The translations under genes and the position numbers were made by a program. A DNA stretch of 63,640 bases, counting the filler, from Octopus bimaculoides (taxonomy: Eukaryota): the NCBI RefSeq assembly GCF_001194135.2. It is 8 parts of 7 records of this genome, joined end to end, with 100 filler letters (N's around TTAATTAATTAA, not from the genome) between each part and the next. Parts side by side here need not be neighbours in the genome. Positions count along the whole stretch, not along the records: positions 35,279 to 44,054 come from NC_068983.1; positions 44,155 to 51,682 come from NC_069000.1; 6 more parts are not named here. One strand, written 5' to 3'. The notes beneath the pieces were generated by a model. That model was not told where the DNA came from, searched no databases, and worked only from the letters and a program-made list of their open reading frames with translations. Positions 37,890 to 49,195 of the stretch are shown here, one piece after another (the stretch's first letter is position 1; each line of letters opens with the position of its first letter).

Positions 37890-38400
37890 AGCCACTGCCC
37901 GGAATCAAACTCGGAATCTTACGGTTAGCGGTCCGCGCTCTTAACTACTACGCCATATGCCCGTGGGCAATTATGGAGTGAATTTTAGGGGTCATAAATT
38001 TAATATTTTCATATCCTTCCTTAATACCGGTTCCTATATGCTACTCATATCTGCACTAGGTCTGCTTAGGGGGTTATGTCTTAGCATATGTGCTGTTTCT
38101 TTACAATCAGTCCATTAGCTGGAAAGTCAACATCGTACGTGAAGAATTCCATCCACTTCACAGATTTGATCAAGGATACCCACATTGGATCCAACCAGAT
38201 GGTGATTCTAGGTGTGATAAATCTGCTCACCAAAGTCCCAATTGATGAAGCACTATCGGTGATTCAAGAAAAATTGGTGACAGACACCTGTCTAAAAGAA
38301 CGCACTAGGAAACTTGATGGAAATGTTGACCTTCTGGGTAGAAACTGCTTACTTCAGAATGGACAGTGATGTATATCGAGAAGGAGAAGGTTTAGCTATT
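37885..38400. mobile_element. Penelope-like element remnant: tRNA-like segment and ORF end (minus strand) joined to an inverted RT N-terminal fragment (plus strand)
   Basis: 37885-38090 aligns to 34108-34320; plus-strand 38088-38369 reads SPLAGKSTSYVKNSIHFTDLIK..MVILGVINLLTKVPIDEALSVI. Confidence 0.78.
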
Positions 38401-38413
38401 CGTGCTGTTGTTA

Positions 38414-38446
<33 letters not shown>

Positions 38447-38963
38447 GTGGTGGTGGTGCTGGTGGTGCTGGTGTTTGTGTTGGTGGTGGTGATGGTGGTG
38501 GTAGTGGTGGTGGTGGTGGTNNNNNNNNNNNNNNNNNNNNNNNNNNNNNNNNNNNNNNNNNNNNNNNNNNNNNNNNNNNNNNNNNNNNNNNNNNNNNNNN
38601 NNNNNNNNNNNNNNNNNNNNNNNNNNNNNNNNNNNNNNNNNNNNNNNNNNNNNNNNNNNNNNNNNNNNNNNNNNNNNNNNNNNNNNNNNNNNNNNNNNNN
38701 NNNNNNNNNNNNNNNNNNNNNNNNNNNNNNNNNNNNNNNNNNNNNNNNNNNNNNNNNNNNNNNNNNNNNNNNNNNNNNNNNNNNNNNNNNNNNNNNNNNN
38801 NNNNNNNNNNNNNNNNNNNNNNNNNNNNNNNNNNNNNNNNNNNNNNNNNNNNNNNNNNNNNNNNNNNNNNNNNNNNNNNNNNNNNNNNNNNNNNNNNNNN
38901 NNNNNNNNNNNNNNNNNNNNNNNNNNNNNNNNNNNNNNNNNNNNNNNNNNNNNNNNNNNNNNN

Positions 38964-39024
<61 letters not shown>

Positions 39025-39876
39025 GGGACTTAATTCTAGCCTGCAGACCTCACTGGTCTGAAGCAACAATAATGTTATCAATGTTTACTTTATTGATTAG
39101 ATGCTATGAGACCTCAATGAAGACAAAGATGATGAAATAGAAATGAAGAACTGGTGATGATAAATGGGAAATTATTTCTAGCTTTCGGTTAAAATAATTT
39201 TGTAGTTATAACTTCAAATATATTTCAGAGCTAGTGTATATACAATTCCGTGTATAGAATTTGGTAATTGGTATTTTCATTTTATATTTTTGTAATTTTC
39301 CTCTCTGTGGTACAAATGTCTTCATTCTAAATTATGTTTCCAGTGAACATCTGATCGGCTCATTGACCCACTTCTCCAGCTCGAACAGTCGATACGAAGC
39401 ATATTGTTTATAAATGCATGACACGAAATCAAACTGGCAAATGAGGAAGAACAAGAGGCATCTGGCCACGTACTCCATATCTTGTTTACAAAGTGTACAG
39501 CGTTGTATACTGCGAATAGCGTAGTGCGAGTTAATCAAAGATTCTTGAAATCACTCGGCCCATAAAAAATAGCAACTAAGTCTCCCTCAAATCAGGCTCA
39601 CCCACCTTGCAAATATGTAAAGAAATTGGGACGATCATGGACCGCTTGCCTTTTAATTTTGATCCTGCTCGATGAAAACTGATCTTGGACTAAATAACAA
39701 CAAAATTGATGGCAAGTTTGCGTATTTATGTGATTCCGCTGTGAAATGGTCTGAATTGTACTCGTCGCTACATTTGCATTGAAAATGCTCCTTGACCAAG
39801 CTGTGCATCTCACATGTATGGGAGCGTCTTCAAACATTTGGTATTAACATATACAGAAAGACTGAATTAACACATA

Positions 39877-40032
39877 GACGCAGGAGTGGCTGTGTGGTAA
39901 ATAGCTTGCTTACCAACCACATGGATCTGGGTTCAGTAGTGTCTTCTACTATAGCCTCGAGCCGACCAAAGCCTTGTGAGTGGATTTGATAGACGGAAAC
40001 TGAAAGAAGCCCGTCGTATATATGTATATATG

Positions 40033-40081
<49 letters not shown>

Positions 40082-40345
40082 GCGTGTGTGTGTGTGTGTG
40101 TGTGTGCGTGTGTGTGTGTGTGTCTGTGTGTGTCTGTGTTTGTCCCCTACCCACCATTGCTTGACAACCGATGCTGGTGTATTTACGTCCCCGTAACTTA
40201 GCGGTTCGGCAGAAAGAGTCCGATAGAATAAGTACTAGGCATACAAATAATAAGTCCTGGGATCGATTTTCTCGACTAAAGGCGGTGCTCCAGCATGGCC
40301 GCAGTCAAATGACTGAAACAAGTGAAAGAGTAAAAGAGAGTATAC
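39877..40345 (+). mobile_element. Full-length microsatellite-containing tRNA-head SINE, CpG-intact copy
   Basis: Head, (TA)n(TG)n core and tail all present; many retained CpGs. Confidence 0.88.
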
Positions 40346-40761
40346 AGAAAGACTGAAAACACAAGAGCAAAGGAAAACAGTGTGTGACAGTGATGTTGCT
40401 GCTGTTGTTATTGATGTTGCAGTTTTTGTTATTGTTTATTTTTCTGTTCATGACATACTTAATTGAGCAGACACTAACGCTTGCCAGCCATGAGGAACCT
40501 TATATATTTTTCAAGGCGATGTATTAAAGATTGCATTAACCAATATGTGGTTGGCTGGTCTTTTTAGCTGCTAAAGCTACTACTTAGAGACAACCTGCCT
40601 GGGATGGGTATTTTAGCGATTATTTGAAACCGAACAATAATGATAAGAAAATATAATTCAAAAGGCACAATATCGTGTTTGAAAACTACATATAGCATAT
40701 TTCTGTATCAGCGAGAGAAGTTGATTCGTATTTATTCATACACCCATATTTGGGCTCACAT

Positions 40762-40830
<69 letters not shown>

Positions 40831-41727
40831 NNNNNNNNNNNNNNNNNNNNNNNNNNNNNNNNNNNNNNNNNNNNNNNNNNNNNNNNNNNNNNNNNNNNNN
40901 NNNNNNNNNNNNNNNNNNNNNNNNNNNNNNNNNNNNNNNNNNNNNNNNNNNNNNNNNNNNNNNNNNNNNNNNNNNNNNNNNNNNNNNNNNNNNNNNNNNN
41001 NNNNNNNNNNNNNNNNNNNNNNNNNNNNNNNNNNNNNNNNNNNNNNNNNNNNNNNNNNNNNNNNNNNNNNNNNNNNNNNNNNNNNNNNNNNNNNNNNNNN
41101 NNNNNNNNNNNNNNNNNNNNNNNNNNNNNNNNNNNNNNNNNNNNNNNNNNNNNNNNNNNNNNNNNNNNNNNNNNNNNNNNNNNNNNNNNNNNNNNNNNNN
41201 NNNNNNNNNNNNNNNNNNNNNNNNNNNNNNNNNNNNNNNNNNNNNNNNNNNNNNNNNNNNNNNNNNNNNNNNNNNNNNNNNNNNNNNNNNNNNNNNNNNN
41301 NNNNNNNNNNNNNNNNNNNNNNNNNNNNNNNNNNNNNNNNNNNNNNNNNNNNNNNNNNNNNNNNNNNNNNNNNNNNNNNNNNNNNNNNNNNNNNNNNNNN
41401 NNNNNNNNNNNNNNNNNNNNNNNNNNNNNNNNNNNNNNNNNNNNNNNNNNNNNNNNNNNNNNNNNNNNNNNNNNNNNNNNNNNNNNNNNNNNNNNNNNNN
41501 NNNNNNNNNNNNNNNNNNNNNNNNNNNNNNNNNNNNNNNNNNNNNNNNNNNNNNNNNNNNNNNNNNNNNNNNNNNNNNNNNNNNNNNNNNNNNNNNNNNN
41601 NNNNNNNNNNNNNNNNNNNNNNNNNNNNNNNNNNNNNNNNNNNNNNNNNNNNNNNNNNNNNNNNNNNNNNNNNNNNNNNNNNNNNNNNNNNNNNNNNNNN
41701 NNNNNNNNNNNNNNNNNNNNNNNNNNN

Positions 41728-41773
<46 letters not shown>

Positions 41774-44759
41774 GAGGCAGTTAAACAAAATGACTCTCCT
41801 CATACATAGCAATATATATACGTACATACATACAAACAAATTCTCCATGCGTGAGATCGAACCAACATCTGTCGTGTTATAGAATAGTTGTACCATGTGC
41901 GAAGTATCATCTCTCGCTAACTGACGATGTCTATTCATAGAATACGATGGCGACGAACCACTTCTTGGGTTAATAGCCGAAATCCGAATGAGGTTAATGA
42001 CGTCCTTGCCATTAACGGTGCTCTTGTAGCATTCACTCTCCACTTCCTTTTCCTTTGCCTGCACACATCTGTTTCGTCTCATTTTTTATCATAAGTCTAT
42101 GCCTGCTAACTGTATACAACTTTAAGGAGCTGAAATTTAATTGAAATTCATTATTGATATAGATATAATTGTCCGGATATACTTGGTATAAATATTGAAA
42201 CAGTAGAATACTGAAATAATCAGTTGACAGAAAGGACATTTTGCATACATATATAAATGAATTAAATTTCATTTTCTTCATACAGGAAACACTTCTAGGC
42301 ATGTTCTGCTGTTATTAAACTTCCTCAATGAGCAGACGTTTAACTGTCCTTCCCAAACAAATACTAGGATGTCACTGTGCCTGAATAATAAAACTAATAA
42401 CATTATTAATAATATTCTTTATTTATCACTAAATTGCTTCTAATTCACTTAATCTTGTAAGCACAGTTTATTTGTTTCCTTCATTCACCAGCAACATCAC
42501 ATTCGTTTCTTTACTGTATTGGTACTTCTACGGTAAGGTCGCATTTGCCATACTCTTTTGACACACGAAACAAAACAGGAGTCATTTCCTTATTCAATAC
42601 TGCATCGAAAAAATCCCAATGTGTCGGAAGTTTATTTGAGTGTTTTTTGTTTGCATCAATTCTCCAAATAGATATACTTATAATAAAAATTGAAATATGG
42701 GAAGTTGAATGAATTGCAACAATTTTAGAACTACAGGCAACACAAGAACAACAAGAAGTTATTGATCCAAACACACTTCAATATGATAAATATTCAGCCT
42801 GTATCTACGTTGACACAAACACTCTTCAGTGGAATCTTTATGATCCTCAACGATAGTGAATATTACTCTTCAAACTAGTTTTCAGTATTTCTACATTTTG
42901 TTAGTGTTTTTTATCTTTTGAAACTCACCAAAAACGAACATATTTATCATGTCTACATAACATATATGTCACTAAGCCCACAACCGTTTTTTTTCTTCTT
43001 TTCTTCGTGATAGAAATGCAGAAGCGGTAGGAACATCAGAATTTATTGCAAAATATGAAACTGACCAAATGGACACTCTACTTTTCACAGAATGATATGC
43101 GATATGTACAGTTCCTTTGTATTCGGACAATGAGGAGTATCTGGATCTTTTTAGTTAAATATGGTTCAATTAGCATTCACTGGCCAGACAAAACGTCTGT
43201 GTTATAGAATCCCACTAGGACAAAGGACGCTATTTTCTCAGTGGCGCCTGAAAGTCTAGTTGACATAGTGAAACGCTTCGCCTTGAACTCTCCACTTTGT
43301 ATACATTAACTCTATTTGAAGCCAGAGACTGATTGTCATTTGTTCCACTTAGGGTGAAACATAACAATGTATTGTGTTAAAATTCAAAACTGGTTCTTCA
43401 GTTTTCCTTTACAACTTCCAAGGATATTACATTTCTTTGACACACATTCTCAACAAATATAAATCATATTATGCCTAAGTTGCATTGGAGAGATACGTAT
43501 ATATTGTAACGTACATCTGCAGTACTACAGATAAGTAACAAAAAGATGTCCACATAAAATCTTGAACACAGACTTGATATACATATACAGTTATATATTA
43601 ATACATTCATAGATACATATATGCATATAATATATATATACATGTAATTTAGCTGGTTTAGCTGTCCAATATTTTTCCAGAAAGTGTATGTATTGGACAG
43701 TCTCAGATAAAATGATATATTGTTGTTGCAGTATTATTTCCTATCTGTACATTTTTCATTCAGTTTATTTTCGCATAGCAAATTTCAAGTGCAGTTCAAG
43801 CAAAGAGTTATAAATTTTATGCGTATATTTTCTGTTCCTCATCTAGTGAAGCACGTTACGATTCATATAAAAGTGTGTGTGTGTGCATGCGTGTGTGTGC
43901 GTGTGTGTGTGGGGGTATATTAATGCATTTGCAAACACACATCAAAACACACACAAACACACACACATATATAAATATATAAATAAATATATATACATAT
44001 ATATATATACACGTGTATGTATGTAAGTATATATATATATATATATATATATATNNNNNNNNNNNNNNNNNNNNNNNNNNNNNNNNNNNNNNNNNNNNTT
44101 AATTAATTAANNNNNNNNNNNNNNNNNNNNNNNNNNNNNNNNNNNNNNNNNNNNAGCTGTGGCTGTGTGGCAAGAAGCTTGCTTCTCAACCACATAGTTC
44201 TAGGTTCAGTCCCAATGCATGGCACCTTGGGCAAGTGTCTTCTACTATAGCCAGCCTCAAGCTGACCAAAGCCTTGTGAGTGGATTTGGTAGACGGATAC
44301 AGAAATTTGCCATATATATATATATATATATATATATGGGTGTGAGACTTTACTCCCCCCACCATTACTGCTTGTCAACTGGTGTTGGTGTGTTTACATC
44401 CCTGTAACTTAGTGATTCGGCAAAGAGACCGATAGAATAAATACCAGGCCTAAAAAAACTCTTCAACACAGTGCTCCAGCATGGCCGCAGTCAAATGGCT
44501 GAAACAAGTGAAAGAAAAGAAGATGTATGTGTGTGTGTCCCTTCCATTATTTGGCAACCAGTGATGGTTTGTTTAAATCCCTATAAAATTAGCAGTTCAA
44601 TAAAAATAGACTGATAAAATAACTAATAACTATTAGGGTCAATTTGTCTCAACTAAAACCCTTCAAGGCAGTGCTCTAGCATGGCCACAGTCCAACGACT
44701 GAAACAAGTAAAAGATAATGCATGAGCATCTTGACCGAAAACAAAATAAAAAACTCCAA

Positions 44760-46520
44760 CCCTTTAGCATTCACATTATTCCGTTAAATGTAAGGCTTAT
44801 TTATTCTCATTGCTTTTAATTAATCTGCTTTAATTAATCTTGTAGTTTTGAGATTTTGATGAGATAACTTTTTAGAATGATATTGTAAGGTTAGTGTGAG
44901 AGGCTGGATCTGGCTTGTTTGAACATAAAACATGAGGAATATTTTGGCTAGATACGGCTGATTTATATGCTAAAAGGTTAAAAAAAAAATTCTGTTACAC
45001 CCAAGCATGAATAATAAAGTAAAGGAACCTGTAGTTTTCTATATTTTTACCAAATGCAAAGGGCATCAATAATTTTATATTTGATCTCCAAGAGGCAACT
45101 AAGCCAAAACGACTGGAAACTGCTGGTATATACTTTACGATAACTTTTTATTAGTTTTAACCAGTTAACACAGTGGTTCTCAACTGGGGTCACACAACAA
45201 AATAGTAAACTGGGGATCTACAATAGTATTTTAAGGGCCCCTGAAAATATTTTCTTTAAATGTATGTATTTCAAGAAACAGCTAGGTTTCTTTCTCTTAC
45301 ATAATTCAACCTACACTTAATGTGTGAAAAATAAAATAGGAATTCTGAAAGAAGTTTCTATAAAACTAATTTTTAAAGACAGAATGGCTATGGGGGTTCC
45401 ACCAGAATAAAATAGTAATCAAATGATTCCATAGATAAAGAATGGTTGAGAAACCCAGAGTTAACATATGCCCATACTAGGGGCACTACCATTTATATCT
45501 ATTTTGAATCAGATTTATATATATATACTTTTTATTGTGTCATAAGAAGTTTGTTTCCCAACCACATGGTTCTGGGTTCAGTCTCAGTTGTGGAGAGGGA
45601 GGAATTTCAATTGAAGATCAAGGAAATTTAATTAATCAAACTAAGTATTTTACTGTATTTAATTCTGAGTTAAAATTCAACTGGGACCAACTTACAAATT
45701 ATTATTAACAGAAGCAGCTGAGACAGTAAATTACCAGAATAGAACTACTTAGTTTGGTCCCTTGAGGTTTTGAATCCAAATCCTGATTGTCTTTCATCCA
45801 AATAGGGTCTTTAAAATATATATTTGGGGACACCCCTTAGCATTCGGATTATTCTGTCAAATGTAATGCTTATTCATTCAAGTTCTTTTGTATTCTTCAT
45901 GCATTATCTTGTAGGCTTTGAGATTTTGATAGTTTATATTTCAAATGACATTGTAAGGTAGGTGTGAGAGACCTGATCTGGCCAGTTTGAACATAAAACA
46001 GGCAGAGTATTAGGCTGGTTTATATTGCTAAAGGGTTTAAAGTCAATTGAGATAAATCACTTGCAAAATGCATTATGGCTCACAGATCCTTTCCTCCTCT
46101 CAACAATGATGTATAGACTTACATATTCATATGGGTGCAGGTATGGCTCAGTGGTTAACAAGCTTGCTTCACAACTATGCAATTTCGGGTTCAATCCCAT
46201 AGCACAGGAAACCTTAGAGAAGTGTCTTTCGCAATAACTTCAGGTTGACCAAAGCCTTAAGAATGAACTTTGGAAGACAGAAATTTTGTAGAACCCTGTC
46301 AGAGAGACAGTTCTTATTTGGGGACAGTTGATTTAACCCTTGGCATTCAGATTTCTCTACCAAATGTAATGCTTATTTATTCACATTGTTTTGAATTAAT
46401 CATGCATTATCTCATAGCCTTGAGTTTATGATGATGTGAGAGGTGGATCTGACTAGTTTGGACATAAGACAGGTAGAATATTTTGGCTGGATATAGCTTA
46501 GTTTAAATACTGAAGGGTTA
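44760..46520. mobile_element. Three copies (44760-44980, 45835-46040, 46335-46520) of a MITE of about 220 bp with ttaaccctttagcatt...aatgctaaagggttaa termini
   Basis: Mutually alignable copies with short inverted termini; fragment also at 20690-20780. Confidence 0.7.
45171..45458. mobile_element. hAT-type MITE with 8-bp target-site duplication
   Basis: TSD agttaaca at 45163-45170 and 45459-45466; imperfect TIR cagtggttctcaac / gttgagaaacccag. Confidence 0.75.
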
Positions 46521-46737
46521 ATCTCTCACCCAGTTTAACACAACAATTTAGGTGGCTCAGTGTTTAGAGTATCAGGCTCACAATCATGAGACAGTGAGTT
46601 CGATTCCTGGACTGGGCTGAATGTTGTGTTCTTGAGCAAGACATTTTATTTCATGTTGCTCCAGTTCACTCAGCTGTAGAAATGAGTTGCAATGTCACTG
46701 GTGCCAAGCTGTATCAGTGTTTGCCTTTCCTTTGGAC

Positions 46738-46976
46738 CAGGGGTTTTCAAACTGTGGTCCGTAGACAGCAAATACTTTTTATGGGCAATTTGATTTTATA
46801 TATGTTTTTTAATCGAAATCTTACCTATCTCTTAAATACTGTTAAATAAATAAATGTAAAAATGTTATTTTAAGCAAATATTTATGCATAAATTTCATAA
46901 GCGTTTATAAGGGGGTCCCTAAGGTAAAGCCTGAAATATAAAGGGGTCCGCAAGTCAAAAAGTTCGAAAACCCCTG
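46738..46976. mobile_element. hAT-type MITE nested in a tRNA-head SINE
   Basis: 16-bp TIR caggggttttc(a/g)aact; 8-bp TSD ctttggac at 46730-46737 and 46977-46984. Confidence 0.88.
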
Positions 46977-48534
46977 CTTTGGACAATATCAGTGGTGTGG
47001 AGAGGGGAGGAGGCTGGTATGCATGGACAACTGCTAGTCTTCCATAAACAACCTTGTGCCTCAGAGCGTAACTTTCTAGGTGCAATCCCATGGTCATTCA
47101 AGACCAAAGGAGGTTTTTACCTTTTAAGTGTTGAGTGCTTTTATCAGGAGGTTCTACTATCATAAGCATTTATACCAAGCCTCAGGTCTGAAGATAACCA
47201 CCACCCTTCCTTCAATCAATTTCACAAGCACTGCAAAAAGATCAGATGCTACTGATCCATCTCTGACCAAGGTATAAAGCAGAAAAAAAAAATATGTAAG
47301 GAATTATCATTTGAATCACAAAGACTGACAGTGGAACAGTCTTGTGGTATTTAATTTTATTCCCTTATGTTCTGGACCCAAACCCTATAGTGATTTAGTT
47401 TGCCTTTCATTGTTAAAATAAGTATTTGTTTAAAGCATCATGTTTGACTGATTCAAACGTGCTCCCCCTCCTCCAAAATGTGTGGTTTTGTGTCATTCTT
47501 ATAAATCATTACTAGCAAATAGTACGTTGCTTAAACTTAAGCAAGCCTGCTTCTATTTACAACCATTAGCAAAGCACTAAACTATGAGGTGACTTTACAT
47601 GTCTAAGAAACTCTATCAATAAAGTCAACAAGGTACACTAAAGCTTGTGGGACATTTGCAAGATATCCAGACAGGTGTGACCATGTGATTAAGAAGCTCG
47701 CTTTCCAAATATAGGGTTTCAAATTCAGTCCTACTTCATGGCCACTTAGGGAAGTGTCTTCTACTATAGCTTCAGGCTGACCAATGTCTTGTGAGTGAAG
47801 CTGGTAGACAAAAACTGTGTGGAAGCCTGTCATATAAATGTGTGTGTGTGTATTTGTTCCGATTGTCCATCACCACTGCTTGACAACCAGTGTTGGTTTG
47901 TGTACATCCCCATAATCTAGTGGTTCAGCAAAAATGATTGATAAAATAAGTACCAGACTTTAAAAATTAGGTACTAGGATTGACTTGGTTGACTAAAACC
48001 CTTTAAGGGGGTGCCCCCAGAATGGCTCTAGTCCAATGACTGAAACAAGTAAAAAATAAGAGTACAGTCCTAGGAATAAGACTGGACTTTATAACAGAAA
48101 TATCAGTTCTGGTCTCGTGTGTGTCTCAGAACATGGTAAGCGGTAAAAAGAGGCATGAATAAGATTAATGCTTTCCACAACAGATGCCTTGGAAAACTGT
48201 TGCTCTTCTTCTGGTCCAACCAAGTATTAAATGAGAAACCTAGTTGATAAAGGGTAGTCTTTAAAATATAGTATGGACAATTCAGATGACTAGGCCACAA
48301 AGTCAGATCAGACTGGACCAGAAAAGGCTGCCAAAGGAAGCTATAAAATAGACACTACTTGTAAAACTAAGTCCCGGATGGACAAAGAACATCTGACATA
48401 GAAAAGTGGAAGGAGAGCAGTAGAGAGAAATGCATCTTACACCGGGCAAAGGTATAAAGTTGTTAAAAACCAATCCGAATGGTGCTGAATCTTCAAAGCT
48501 TTATTTCCCAATTGGTAAGATCAATAATAATTGT

Positions 48535-49195
48535 TTCAAATTTTTGGCACAAGGTTGGCAATTTTACATTGACCCCCCACCCCAATCCTCAAATGGTACT
48601 TATTTTATCAACCCTGAATGGATAAAAAGGTGAAGTCGATCTCAGTGAAATTTGAACTGAGAACATAATGAGCCAAGAAATACCACTAAGCATTTTGTCC
48701 AACATGCTAATGACTAGCTCCTCATCCTAATCATCATAATAATAATAATCCTTTTTACTAAAGGCACAAAACCTGAAATTTTGGGGGAGGGGACTAGTTG
48801 ATTACATCGAACCCAGTGTTACACTGGTATTTAATTTATTAACACCAAAAGGATGAAAGGCAAAGTCGACCATGGCAGAATTTGAACTCAAAACATGACG
48901 GCTGAATTGCCAGTAAGCATTTTGCCCAGTATGCTAACAATTCTACCAGCTCACTGCCTTAATAATAATAATAATAATCCTTTCTGCTATAGGCACAAGA
49001 TCTGAAATTTTGTGAGAGGTGTGTAGTAAATAACATCAACCGCATATGCCCAACCAGTACTTCTTTATCAACCCCGAAAGGATGAAAGGCAAAGTCAACC
49101 TCAGCAGAATTTGAACTCAGAGCATAAAGAGTGATGAAATGCCACTAAGCATTTCGTCCAACATCCTAATGATTCTGCCAGGTTACTGTCTTAAT
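48535..49195 (-). mobile_element. Three tandem SINE copies separated by (TAA)n, strongly CpG-eroded
   Basis: Units of about 225 bp of the ggcggcgagctggcagaatcg family. Confidence 0.82.

Noticed and set aside
37891-37961. tRNA-like sequences as genuine tRNA genes (also the SINE heads throughout)
   Set aside because: No complete cloverleaf or acceptor stem visible, and each is embedded in a repeat body
43009-43480. Protein-like text (SISIHWPDKTSVL...VAPESLVDIVKRF) as a pseudogene
   Set aside because: Stop-codon density is close to random expectation and no motif was recognised
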